Source: an uncultured Rhizobium sp.
GTDB lineage: Bacteria > Pseudomonadota > Alphaproteobacteria > Rickettsiales > UBA1997
Direction: 5' to 3'
Assembly (NCBI GenBank): GCA_964447395.1
Contig: CAYUSO010000004.1
Location: 109 to 64,108, forward strand
DNA length: 64,000 nt
Shown: positions 19,663 to 30,653 of the stretch, one piece after another
How positions within the stretch are numbered: the stretch's first letter is position 1
Layout of the letters: each line of letters opens with the position of its first letter
Translations under genes and position numbers: made by a program
The notes under the pieces: model-generated
The model's database searches: none
Told to the model about the DNA's origin: nothing
The model's input: the letters and a program-made list of their open reading frames with translations, nothing else

Positions 19663-19730
19663 CAGCTCCCCGAGCGGAGTCGAGGGGGTCGAGAGTTTGC
19701 TTTCCCACCCCTCGACTCCGCTCGGGGAAC
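19663..19730. repeat. palindromic element family A, core copy (centre inverted relative to copy at 6274)
   Basis: cagctccccgagcggagtcgaggggg-tcgagagtttgctttccca-cccctcgactccgctcggggaac. Confidence 0.8.
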
Positions 19731-19748
19731 TTAACAAATCCTGTCAGA

Positions 19749-19777
19749 TTGACAAATTACCAAGCCGTCTCTTTAAT
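19749..19777 (+). promoter_or_regulatory. sigma70-like promoter candidate for tRNA-Thr
   Basis: ttgaca (19749-54), a 17-nt spacer, then tttaat (19772-77), about 49 nt upstream of the tRNA. Confidence 0.3.
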
Positions 19778-19825
19778 GCGCGCCCTTCCCGCACTTCAGA
19801 TAATCTCATTCACATCAAATTTTTA

Positions 19826-19900
19826 GCTGCCATAGCTCAGCGGTAGAGCACTTCATTGGTAATGAAGAGGTCGGTGGTTCGATTCCACTTGGCAGCACCA
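19826..19900 (+). tRNA. tRNA-Thr (anticodon GGU), CCA encoded
   Basis: Cloverleaf folded by hand: acceptor gctgcca/tggcagc, D arm gctc-agcggta-gagc, anticodon arm cttca-ttGGTaa-tgaag, T arm ggtgg-ttcgatt-ccact, then a-cca. Confidence 0.95.
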
Positions 19901-19950
19901 GGCGGCCTTTCGGGGCGGCTCACACCTGCAGCTACTAAAAACTGTTTGGA

Positions 19951-20721
19951 CTATTTTTTTCCTACGTGAATTGCCGCCGCGCCGAAACTTAAATTTTTGT
20001 AAGAAACATTTTTGAAACCCGCTTGCTCAATCATTTTTTTGAACTGCTCTTGCGACGGAAATTTGCGGATTGATTCAACGAGATACTGGTAAGAAGCGCG
20101 ATCTTTCAAAACCAGTTCGCCGATTTTTGGAATCACTTTGAAGGAATAAGCATCGTAAATTTTTTGCAGAAAATAATCGTTCACTTTCGAAAATTCTAAG
20201 CAGATAAATTTTCCACCCGGTTTTAAAACGCGATAGGCCTCAGACAGCCCAGCGTCTATGTTGGTGAAGTTTCTAATTCCGAAAGCAATCGTAAAAAAAT
20301 CAAAAGTTTCATCGGCAAAAGAAAGTTTTTCGCCATCGCAACAAGTAAATTTCAGATCAGAAAAAAGATTCAAATCCACCGCCCGCGCTTTCCCAACATC
20401 AAGCATTTCCTGATTAATATCGACGACATCGATCAAAAAATTTTGATTTTCCGCGCGAAATTTTTTCGCCATCCGAAAAGCCACATCCCCCGTCCCCCCA
20501 GCAAGATCAATGATTCGTAAACACCTATCGCCTATCGCCTCCCGCCTATCACCTATCTCCTCCACCATTTTATTTTTCCAAACTCGATGAACTCCTGCGC
20601 TCATCAAATCATTCATCAAATCATATTTCTTCGCTACGCCGGAAAAAATTTCTTTGACAAGAGAGGCCTTCTGCTCACGATCCACCTGCTTGAATCCAAA
20701 ATGCGTTTTATCTTTTTCCAT
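19951..20721 (-). CDS. ubiE: ubiquinone/menaquinone biosynthesis C-methyltransferase UbiE
   Basis: 256-aa ORF with THFGF, YDLMNDLMS.G.HR.WK, the SAM motif DLAGGTGD, and LKPGGKFICLEFS. Confidence 0.92.
   Translation of the reverse strand: MEKDKTHFGFKQVDREQKASLVKEIFSGVAKKYDLMNDLMSAGVHRVWKNKMVEEIGDRREAIGDRCLRIIDLAGGTGDVAFRMAKKFRAENQNFLIDVVDINQEMLDVGKARAVDLNLFSDLKFTCCDGEKLSFADETFDFFTIAFGIRNFTNIDAGLSEAYRVLKPGGKFICLEFSKVNDYFLQKIYDAYSFKVIPKIGELVLKDRASYQYLVESIRKFPSQEQFKKMIEQAGFKNVSYKNLSFGAAAIHVGKK
20524..20563. repeat. heptamer tandem repeat (cctatcg)x5 inside ubiE coding sequence
   Basis: cctatcg cctatcg cctcccg cctatca cctatct cctcc. On the coding strand it is translated as the 7-aa repeat IGDRREA-IGDRCLR. 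Confidence 0.85.
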
Positions 20722-21790
20722 GCTAAAAACTTCCGATTTTGATTTTGATTTACCTGAAAAATTAATCGCTCAAACACCATTTTTTCCCAAGGAAAAAACA
20801 AAAATGTTAGTGTTTGACGGCGCGAAAATTCTGGACGCGCAACTAATCAACCTCACCGATTTTTTGCAAGAAGGAGATGTGATGGTTTTCAACGATGCGA
20901 AGGTGATTAAGGCAAAATTAAATGCGAAAATTTTGCGCAATTCGGCGCGACTTGATTTTAATTTGGACCAGGAAAATCAAGGGGTTTGGAATGCTTTATG
21001 TCGTCCCGCAAAAAAAGTAAAAATTGGCGATGAGCTAGAAATTGCTGCGGATTTTTTTGCTGAAATTTTAGAAAAAACTGACGATGGATTTATTAAAATT
21101 AAATTCGATTGCGCCGGCGAAGAGTTGTGGGCTAAGCTTGAGAAATATGGCTCCACACCACTTCCGCCTTATATTAAACGAGACACTTTCCCCTCACTCC
21201 AACCTTCTCCTACAAGGGTTGAGGAGTGCAATGACCAAAAAAATTATCAAACAATTTACGCCGCAAACGGCACAGCAGTAGCTGCTCCAACTGCTGGTCT
21301 GCATTTCAACGAAAATATTTTTGCAACTCTGGCGGCGAAAAAAATTCAGAAAACTTTCGTCACGCTAAATGTTGGGGCTGGAACATTCTTGCCAGTGCGC
21401 AGCGAATTTTTATCGGATCACAAAATGCATTCGGAGTTTTTTTCAATCTCCGATGAAGCCGCGGAAATCATCAATACAGCGAAAAAGAACGGCAAAAAAA
21501 TTATTGCTGTCGGCACAACTTCGCTGCGAGTTTTGGAATCAATTGCTGATGAAAATGGCTTGCTCAAATCAGCAAAAATGCACACGAAAATTTTTATTCA
21601 TCCGCCTTACAAATTTAAAATTGTTGATGTTTTGATGACGAATTTTCACCTGCCAAAATCAACTTTGTTTATGCTAATCTGCGCTTTTGTCGGAAAAGAA
21701 AGAGCCTTTGAACTTTACAACCACGCCATCTCACAAAATTATCGTTTTTATTCTTACGGAGATTCTTCGCTGCTTTTTGGAGCAAAATAA
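20720..21790 (+). CDS. queA: S-adenosylmethionine:tRNA ribosyltransferase-isomerase
   Basis: The ATG at 20720 gives MLKTSDFDFDLPEKLIAQ, a canonical QueA N-terminus. Also present are PLPPYIKR, AVAAPTAGLHF, GTTS.R.LES, and NFHLPKSTL. Confidence 0.93.
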   Translation: MLKTSDFDFDLPEKLIAQTPFFPKEKTKMLVFDGAKILDAQLINLTDFLQEGDVMVFNDAKVIKAKLNAKILRNSARLDFNLDQENQGVWNALCRPAKKVKIGDELEIAADFFAEILEKTDDGFIKIKFDCAGEELWAKLEKYGSTPLPPYIKRDTFPSLQPSPTRVEECNDQKNYQTIYAANGTAVAAPTAGLHFNENIFATLAAKKIQKTFVTLNVGAGTFLPVRSEFLSDHKMHSEFFSISDEAAEIINTAKKNGKKIIAVGTTSLRVLESIADENGLLKSAKMHTKIFIHPPYKFKIVDVLMTNFHLPKSTLFMLICAFVGKERAFELYNHAISQNYRFYSYGDSSLLFGAK

Positions 21791-21794
21791 AAAG

Positions 21795-22331
21795 CTAATA
21801 AGAGTTAGAAAGCCACGCTGGCACCGTGCGATCTTTTATAGGCTGAACCCGAATCAAAGAAGTTTGCACAGACTTAGGATGACCTTGGCTATATTGGTTG
21901 CGATATTCGGAAAGCAGTTGATCCATTCTGCGCGTCTTTCCTCCTAAATCTGGAGCATCTGAACTCACGATTTCAAGATCGCTCTGGTCGAAATAAAGTT
22001 GAACATAGTTGTAAGTCGTAGGATCAGCAAGGCTTGGCAGATTTTTTTCGTGAAAGAAAAATTCTTTTTTTACCTCATCGCCTTTTTCACTAACCCAAGA
22101 AACTTTTACTAAACCAAAAAAACGCGATGCTTTGTTGATGTAAAAAGATTGGCTTCGACTATCGCCCGGATTCAATGATGGCAAGGTCAAAACATTGCTA
22201 GCCCATTCACATCGAATATTTTTTATCGGTTCAGAACTAGCATTACTGAAATAAATTACGGGGCTTTCATGCGCGACTCCAGCGCAAGAAATAACAAAAA
22301 AATTTGCGAGAATGATGATTTTTTTTAGCAT
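21795..22331 (-). CDS. hypothetical lipoprotein
   Basis: 178-aa ORF with the lipobox-like N-terminus MLKKIIILANFFVISC. No recognisable domain. It overlaps the upstream GT2 gene by 7 nt. Confidence 0.55.
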   Translation of the reverse strand: MLKKIIILANFFVISCAGVAHESPVIYFSNASSEPIKNIRCEWASNVLTLPSLNPGDSRSQSFYINKASRFFGLVKVSWVSEKGDEVKKEFFFHEKNLPSLADPTTYNYVQLYFDQSDLEIVSSDAPDLGGKTRRMDQLLSEYRNQYSQGHPKSVQTSLIRVQPIKDRTVPAWLSNSY

Positions 22332-23101
22332 TTTTTTTCCTGAAAAATTTCGCGCGTTTTGATGGCTTTAGCAAAACGCGAAAAGGCGAAGAGATAGCTG
22401 TAGACAAGGCCGTTAAAGCCATAAATAAAATAACGGCGGACAAAATATGCCTTCAAAAAAGCGACGGTTGGGATGAAAAAAACTTTCAGCACTGACGGAC
22501 ATTTTCCTTTTTTCAAAGCGTCTTGCGCTTGCATTTGCGAATAGGAATTAATTTTTTCAATCCAGTGAGAATAAGAGCGAAAAGATTGATGAAAAATTAT
22601 GTTTTTTAGCTGCAGAATTTTTGCAGAATTTTTGCTTTTTAATTCCACAGAATCGTGAATTGCGCTAGAGTTGAAGCCAGCAAAATCCTTGTTGTAGAGG
22701 CGAAACTGATTGTAAAAATATGCCCATTTTTTTGGCTGTTTCTCGAAGCGAAATTTATTGACAATTTTCACACGAAAACCCGCAACATCATCAGCAATTT
22801 TTTCAGCAAAAATTTTTTTAATTTCAGCGCTTAATTCTGGAGAAATTTCTTCATCAGCATCGATGTTCAAAATCCATTTATTGCGACATTGATTTTCGCC
22901 GAAAATTTTTTGCAAACCATAACCACGCCATTCATTGAACATAACTTTTGCGCCCGCTTGAACAGCGACTTCGCAGGTTTTGTCATCACTGCCAGAATCA
23001 ATCACCAAAATTTCATCAGCGATTTCTTTGGCGGAGTGAATAATTTCAGCGATGCGATCAGCCTCGTTTTTTGCGATAATAAAAACTGAAATTGGTATCA
23101 T
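22325..23101 (-). CDS. family 2 glycosyltransferase (LPS-core type)
   Basis: 258-aa ORF with ISVFIIAKNEADRI, VIDSGSDDKT, and NIDADEE (DxD). Confidence 0.85.
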   Translation of the reverse strand: MIPISVFIIAKNEADRIAEIIHSAKEIADEILVIDSGSDDKTCEVAVQAGAKVMFNEWRGYGLQKIFGENQCRNKWILNIDADEEISPELSAEIKKIFAEKIADDVAGFRVKIVNKFRFEKQPKKWAYFYNQFRLYNKDFAGFNSSAIHDSVELKSKNSAKILQLKNIIFHQSFRSYSHWIEKINSYSQMQAQDALKKGKCPSVLKVFFIPTVAFLKAYFVRRYFIYGFNGLVYSYLFAFSRFAKAIKTREIFQEKKC

Positions 23102-23186
23102 AATTTAATTGATTTTTGGATGCAGAAAAATATTTCAGACGCCTTCTTTTTACTTATCCCGCCTCAACTCGACAAATTCAAGAATT

Positions 23187-23969
23187 ATGAAAATAACTTC
23201 AAAAAAAGGCATTGTTATCGCTGTTGCGATTTTGCTACTTATCGGCTTTTCCGCACTGGTTGTGCATAATTACAAAACTAAAACTTCTTTCAAATTTGCT
23301 TCGCAAAATGCTGAAGAATTAAAGCCAGAACAAAATGCTCAAGATGCTGTCAGCGCCGCTGTTAACGCTGATGCGGAAAATCTTGCCGAAGCGCGCAAAA
23401 ATAGCGAAGTGCTAAAAATTTCTGCACATGATTTTGTTTTGGGAGACAAAAATGCGCCCGTCACTTTGATCGAATATGCTTCACTTTCTTGTCCGCATTG
23501 CGCTGCTTTTGCTCGCGAATCTTTTGAAAAATTAAAAACTGAATTTGTCGATAGCGGCAAAGTAAAATTCATCTTTCGCAATTTTCCGTTAAATCAATCT
23601 GCGCTTACTGCCGCAATGTTCGCTACTTGCCAAGCTCACGATACCAAACCAGGAGAAACTGAAAAATATTTTTCTACCGTAAAAGTGCTTTTCAAAACTC
23701 AAGATAGTTGGGCCTTTGATGAGAAATTCACCGAAAAATTGGAAGCAATTGCCAAGCTCGACGGCATGAGCTCTGACCGCTTTAAAAGCTGCGTCAGCGA
23801 CAAATCTCTGCAAGACAGAATTCTTTCGGAAAGAATGGAAGCATCAAAATCTTTACAGCTGCGCTCAACTCCGAGTTTTTTCATCAATGGCGAAATTTCC
23901 GAAGGTTATATCGATTACCAAACTTTGAAAAAAATGATCGAGAAGCATCTTTCTGAAATCAAAAAATAA
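23187..23969 (+). CDS. DsbA-family thiol:disulfide oxidoreductase
   Basis: The internal ATG at 23187 gives a TM anchor (MKITSKKGIVIAVAILLLIGF). Active site CPHC lies in IEYASLSCPHCAAF, and the thioredoxin-fold cis-Pro region is TPSFFING. Confidence 0.8.
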   Translation: MKITSKKGIVIAVAILLLIGFSALVVHNYKTKTSFKFASQNAEELKPEQNAQDAVSAAVNADAENLAEARKNSEVLKISAHDFVLGDKNAPVTLIEYASLSCPHCAAFARESFEKLKTEFVDSGKVKFIFRNFPLNQSALTAAMFATCQAHDTKPGETEKYFSTVKVLFKTQDSWAFDEKFTEKLEAIAKLDGMSSDRFKSCVSDKSLQDRILSERMEASKSLQLRSTPSFFINGEISEGYIDYQTLKKMIEKHLSEIKK

Positions 23970-23973
23970 TTTT

Positions 23974-24741
23974 GTGTCAGCAAAACTTCTCATAAAAAAT
24001 CTCACCAAAAATTTCGGTGAAAAAAAAGTTTTAACCGGCATTGATTTGCAGGTGAATCAGGGCGAGTCGATTGTTATTCTTGGCGGCTCCGGAAGTGGAA
24101 AATCTGTTTTGATTAAAATCATCGCAACCCTTATCAATCCTAGCTCAGGAAGTATTCAAATTGATGGAAAAGAAGTGGCGAATATCAGCGCTAAAGATCG
24201 CGACAAACTGATGGAAAAATTCGGATTTTTATTTCAAGGCGGCGCACTTTTTGATTCACTTTCAGTTTGGGAAAATGTCGCTTTTCGTCTGCTCTATCAC
24301 AAAAAAATGAACAAAAAAGAAGCGCGAGAAATCGCGTTGGAAAAATTAAAAGCTGTCGGCTTGAGCGAAAAAACTGCCGATCTTTTTCCTTCCGAACTTT
24401 CCGGCGGAATGCAAAAACGCGCTTCACTTGCGCGCGCAATTGCCGCAAATCCAGAAATTATTTTCTTCGACGAACCCACAACTGGCCTTGATCCAATCAT
24501 GGCCGATGTAATTAACGATCTCATCATTGCCAACTCAAAAAAACTTGGCGCAACTACAATCACCATCACTCACGACATGAATTCCGCGCGCAAAATTGCC
24601 GACAAAATTGCCATGCTTTATGAAGGAAAAATCATCTGGTTTGGCAATGTGAATGAAATGTATACATCAGGAAATGAATATCTTGATCAATTCATTCACG
24701 GCAGATCGACTGGCCCAATTAATTTTCTAACAACCAAGTAA
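23974..24741 (+). CDS. mlaF: ABC transporter ATP-binding protein, MlaF-like, without adjacent permease
   Basis: 255-aa ORF (GTG start) with Walker A GGSGSGKS, signature LSGGMQKR, Walker B IIFFDEPT, and the MlaF-like tail LDQFIHGRSTGPI. Confidence 0.75.
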   Translation: MSAKLLIKNLTKNFGEKKVLTGIDLQVNQGESIVILGGSGSGKSVLIKIIATLINPSSGSIQIDGKEVANISAKDRDKLMEKFGFLFQGGALFDSLSVWENVAFRLLYHKKMNKKEAREIALEKLKAVGLSEKTADLFPSELSGGMQKRASLARAIAANPEIIFFDEPTTGLDPIMADVINDLIIANSKKLGATTITITHDMNSARKIADKIAMLYEGKIIWFGNVNEMYTSGNEYLDQFIHGRSTGPINFLTTK

Positions 24742-24745
24742 ATTT

Positions 24746-25603
24746 ATGAAAAAACAGACGGCGTTTTCTTTGATCGAACTTTCAATCGTAATTCTAATCA
24801 TCGGAATTTTAGTTGCAGGCATCACGCAATCTTCGCGATTGGTAAAACAATTTCGCTTAAAAACAGCGCAAACTTTAACTCAAAGCTCGCCAGTTCACAG
24901 CATTAAAGATTTGATGTTGTGGTATGAAACAAGCATGGAAGGCAGCATCGCCGAAAGCGAAATGGTAAATGGCGGAGCAGTCACCACTTGGTATGATTAC
25001 AACAAGCAAAACGTGAATAAAATTAACGCCACTTCAAGCTCTACCGCTAGACCACTTTACACCGAAGATGCAATCAACAGCTTGCCAGTTCTGAGATTTG
25101 ATGGATCAGATGACTTGCTGAGTTTTGATGGTTCTCAATTAATCGCCACGGCTTACACTGTTTTCATAGTCGAGCAAAGAAGAGCCGCTCTTGGCTCAAC
25201 CGACTCACCTTTAATGGGCGGAACCACAAACTCAGCGCGAGAAAATCTCCACATCCTTTATCGTAACGAAACATTACTCAATTTTTCGGATTATGCTAAT
25301 GATCTTGGCTACAGCATTGGCTCTTACACTACGCCAACTCCTCGTATTCACACCTGCTATCAAAGCACTTCTGACGGCAGAAAATATTGGCTTAATGGCG
25401 GAACTTCTGCCGATGCATCAGATGCAACATTTACCAATACTTTAATCTCTTACACCGCGGCTGCTCTTGGTCGTTATCACACCAGATTTTTCAATGGCGA
25501 CATCGCCGAAGTAATCATCTTCACTCGCGCACTTAAAAACGAAGAAAGACAAGCCATCGAGACCTATTTGAGCAAAAAATATAGCATCAAAATCACTGGA
25601 TAA
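24746..25603 (+). CDS. prepilin-type N-terminal domain protein fused to a LamG/concanavalin-like domain (paralog 1)
   Basis: 285 aa. The N-terminus MKKQTA-FSLIELSIVILIIGILVAGI is a class III signal with Glu at +5. The body has LRFDGSDDLLSFDGS, YTVFIVEQRR, and NGDIAEVIIFTRALKNEERQAIETYLSKKY. Confidence 0.7.
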   Translation: MKKQTAFSLIELSIVILIIGILVAGITQSSRLVKQFRLKTAQTLTQSSPVHSIKDLMLWYETSMEGSIAESEMVNGGAVTTWYDYNKQNVNKINATSSSTARPLYTEDAINSLPVLRFDGSDDLLSFDGSQLIATAYTVFIVEQRRAALGSTDSPLMGGTTNSARENLHILYRNETLLNFSDYANDLGYSIGSYTTPTPRIHTCYQSTSDGRKYWLNGGTSADASDATFTNTLISYTAAALGRYHTRFFNGDIAEVIIFTRALKNEERQAIETYLSKKYSIKITG

Positions 25604-25612
25604 AAATACCGA

Positions 25613-26461
25613 ATGAAAAAGGCCTTTTCCTTGATCGAAGTTTCTATCGTAATTTTGATCATCGGAATCCTGATTTCTGCCATCTCTCAAGGCGGGGTTT
25701 TCATCAACAAATCCCGCCTTTCAAATGCACAATCCCTCACACAAAATTCTGTTGTTAATCACATCTCCGACTTAATCGCCTGGTACGAAACTTCACTAGA
25801 ATCAAGCTTTCCTGTCAGCGAACAAAATAACCAAGGCGCAATCAGCACTTGGTATGACAACACTCCGAGCGCCATCACCAAAAACAACGCCACTCAAGGA
25901 ACCAGTGCCAATCAGCCAAAATTTTATGAAAATATTTTTAACGGCGCGATTCCAGGAATCAGATTTGATGGCTCAAACGATTTGATGCTATTCGATGGCA
26001 GCCTGCTTGCAAACAGCTCTTACACAATTTTCGTAGTTGAACAAAGACGCAGCAATTCCAGCTCAAATTATTTTCTTGGCGGCACAACCTTGTCACAAAA
26101 TCAGAATTTAGTTTTGGGCTATCGCGCCAATACCACTCTCACTCAAGCGCATTATTCTAACGATATGGATGTGACTGTTGCGGCCTACTCTTCTCCGCAA
26201 CCAAAAATTCACACTTTTCAATTCGACACCACAAACGGCAAAAAATATTGGGTAAATGGCGGCACAACTCCCGACGCAACAAGTGCCGGACAAACCGCAG
26301 CCATAACCTCTTACACCGCTTCGGCTTTGGGACGATATAATGCTAGCTACTACAATGGCGATTTGGCGGAGGTGATAATTTTCAAGCGCATTTTGAAAGG
26401 TGACGAGCGGCAAAATATCGAGAATTATCTCAGCAAAAAATATGGGATTTCGATTAGCTAA
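25613..26461 (+). CDS. prepilin-type N-terminal domain protein fused to a LamG/concanavalin-like domain (paralog 2)
   Basis: 282 aa. The N-terminus is MKKA-FSLIEVSIVILIIGILISAI. It is collinear with paralog 1 (IRFDGSNDLMLFDGS, YTIFVVEQRR, NGDLAEVIIFKRILKGDERQNIENYLSKKY). Confidence 0.7.
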   Translation: MKKAFSLIEVSIVILIIGILISAISQGGVFINKSRLSNAQSLTQNSVVNHISDLIAWYETSLESSFPVSEQNNQGAISTWYDNTPSAITKNNATQGTSANQPKFYENIFNGAIPGIRFDGSNDLMLFDGSLLANSSYTIFVVEQRRSNSSSNYFLGGTTLSQNQNLVLGYRANTTLTQAHYSNDMDVTVAAYSSPQPKIHTFQFDTTNGKKYWVNGGTTPDATSAGQTAAITSYTASALGRYNASYYNGDLAEVIIFKRILKGDERQNIENYLSKKYGISIS

Positions 26462-27303
26462 GATGCAACAAACTGATCGTAAGCATCATTTAAAATTCGT
26501 GCGATTTTGCGATTTTTTCCTTCAGAAACTTTTTGTCCGTCAATTTGCGCAATCGGGCGCAGAATCAAGCTAGAGCTGGTTAAAAACACTTCTTTTGCAT
26601 TCATCATTTCTTCCAAAGTAAAATTTTTTTCTGCGACTTTAATGCCTTTTTCTTTGGCGATTTTAATGAGACGATTGCGCGTGATGCCGCATAAAATCAG
26701 GTTGTCCGGCGCTTTAGTTGTGAGCACATCATTGGCATCAACAATGAAAGCATTGGCGAAACTTGCCTCGGTGACAATTCCATTTCGTACAAAAACCGCA
26801 TCGTCAAAACCAGCATCTTTCGCCTTTTGATTAATCATTGACGAAGCCAATAAATTCACGGTTTTAATGTCGCATCTTTGCCAGCGAATATCTTCGTGAG
26901 TCATCAAAGAAAATCCTTTTTCAAACTCTTCAGCAGAAACTTTTTTGCGCGGAGAAACTGTTGCAGAAATTGTTGGTTTCAAATTTTTTGGAATCCAAGG
27001 AACACGATTTGTAGCACCGCGCGTCACTTGCATATAGCAGGTTCCGGCGGTCATTTTATTGCGCGAAAAAAGTTCAAATTGGATTTTTTTTAACTCGTCA
27101 GCAGAAAAATTATGTTCGATTTTTAACTCGCGAAGAGAGCGAAAAAAACGCTCAATATGCGCGTCGCCATCAATTAATTTTCCATTTTCGAAAAGCGTCA
27201 CTTCGTAAGCGCCATCAGCAAATTGAAAACCGCGATCTTCGATGTGAACAAGACAAGATTCGTGGGGAAGAAATTCACCGTTTAGATAGCTAATGCGAGA
27301 CAT
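26458..27303 (-). CDS. class IV (D-amino acid / branched-chain) aminotransferase
   Basis: 281-aa ORF with fold-type IV motifs (DRGFQFADGAYE, EASFANAF, GITR). Its stop overlaps the stop of the convergent pilin-LamG gene (ctaa). Confidence 0.85.
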   Translation of the reverse strand: MSRISYLNGEFLPHESCLVHIEDRGFQFADGAYEVTLFENGKLIDGDAHIERFFRSLRELKIEHNFSADELKKIQFELFSRNKMTAGTCYMQVTRGATNRVPWIPKNLKPTISATVSPRKKVSAEEFEKGFSLMTHEDIRWQRCDIKTVNLLASSMINQKAKDAGFDDAVFVRNGIVTEASFANAFIVDANDVLTTKAPDNLILCGITRNRLIKIAKEKGIKVAEKNFTLEEMMNAKEVFLTSSSLILRPIAQIDGQKVSEGKNRKIARILNDAYDQFVAS

Positions 27304-27337
27304 AATAAAAAAATTAAAGGTCCTCGAGCAAAGCGCT

Positions 27338-28684
<1,347 letters not shown>

Positions 28685-28715
28685 TTATTTTTTAACTCCC
28701 AAAATACAACTTCCC

Positions 28716-28886
28716 ATGTTTCGCCTCATATTACTCATCGCGCTGATTTTGCTTGCTATTCCTTTCTACGACAAGGTTAAGAGCTATTTTAACGACAAAA
28801 AAAGCGAGGCAAAAACTATCGCTGACACCGCCACAAAATTTGTAAAATACAGAGCTGGAGAAAAAAAAGAGGACGAAAAAAAATAG
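28716..28886 (+). CDS. small hypothetical membrane protein (56 aa)
   Basis: ATG at 28716: MFRLILLIALILLAIPFYDK..., one TM followed by a K/E-rich tail. It lies in the gap after eno. This is the only non-antisense part of ORF-track entry 28167..28886. Confidence 0.3.
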   Translation: MFRLILLIALILLAIPFYDKVKSYFNDKKSEAKTIADTATKFVKYRAGEKKEDEKK

Positions 28887-28933
28887 CGGAAGATTTTCAT
28901 CCTCCGCTAAAAAACTTATTCGAATTTTAGTTT

Positions 28934-29278
28934 TTATTCTTTTGAGCTTGATGGCTTTTCATCTTTGATTCCGATGATTTTATTCATCTCCTCGTGATGT
29001 CTTTTTCTTTCAGCTTTTACCGCTTCTTTTTGTTCAGGGGTTAGGTTCTTCATCATTTCACGACGTTTTGCCATACGCTCTTTTTTGTCAGGAGAAGCAT
29101 TTTTCCACTTGTCTTTCATAGTCTCACGCTTCTTGGAAATTCTTTCCTTAGCAGAACTTTTTGTTGGAGAAGTGGTAGCGGTTTTTTCTGTTGGAGCTGC
29201 AACAGAAGCTGTTTCAGCAGCATTTGCTGCCATTGAAAAAATTGTTAGAATTGCAAGAGAAGTGATGATTTTTTTCAT
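28934..29278 (-). CDS. secreted LTXXQ-motif (Spy/CpxP-like) protein
   Basis: 114-aa ORF with signal peptide MKKIITSLAILTIFSMAANA, a highly K/E/R-rich helical body, and an LTPEQ motif. Confidence 0.45.
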   Translation of the reverse strand: MKKIITSLAILTIFSMAANAAETASVAAPTEKTATTSPTKSSAKERISKKRETMKDKWKNASPDKKERMAKRREMMKNLTPEQKEAVKAERKRHHEEMNKIIGIKDEKPSSSKE

Positions 29279-29373
29279 AATTTTTAGTTTTTAGTTGGTG
29301 GATAAAATCCCCGAAAATCGGGGCGAGAGACGAAATAAAATCAGCGCAAAAAATTCAACCAGAGATTCTTCGG

Positions 29374-29506
29374 CAGTTATCCCGCGACAAACTAAAACTT
29401 CTCAGCTCCCCGAGCGAAGTCGAGGGGTTGGGAGTTTGCTTTCCTACCCCTCTCGACTTCGCTCGGGGAGCTGAGATATTTTCTACGCTTTGCTCGGGGA
29501 GTTGAG
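29374..29506. repeat. palindromic element family A copy with degenerate outer arm and extra partial arm
   Basis: Core cagctccccgagcgaagtcgagggg-ttgggagtttgctttccta-cccctctcgacttcgctcggggagctga (29403-29476). An extra partial arm cgctttgctcggggagttgag lies at 29486-29506. Confidence 0.75.
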
Positions 29507-29514
29507 TTTGTGAG

Positions 29515-30651
<1,137 letters not shown>

Positions 30652-30653
30652 TT

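Noticed and set aside
19547-19846. Small ORFs encoding recurring peptides such as SSPSGVEG...PSTPLGEL (also 29355-29603, 53951-54289, 56653-56886, 63799-63999)
   Set aside because: The shared peptide is simply the translation of the palindromic element in different loci. These ORFs have no independent start or RBS logic and overlap tRNA or real genes.
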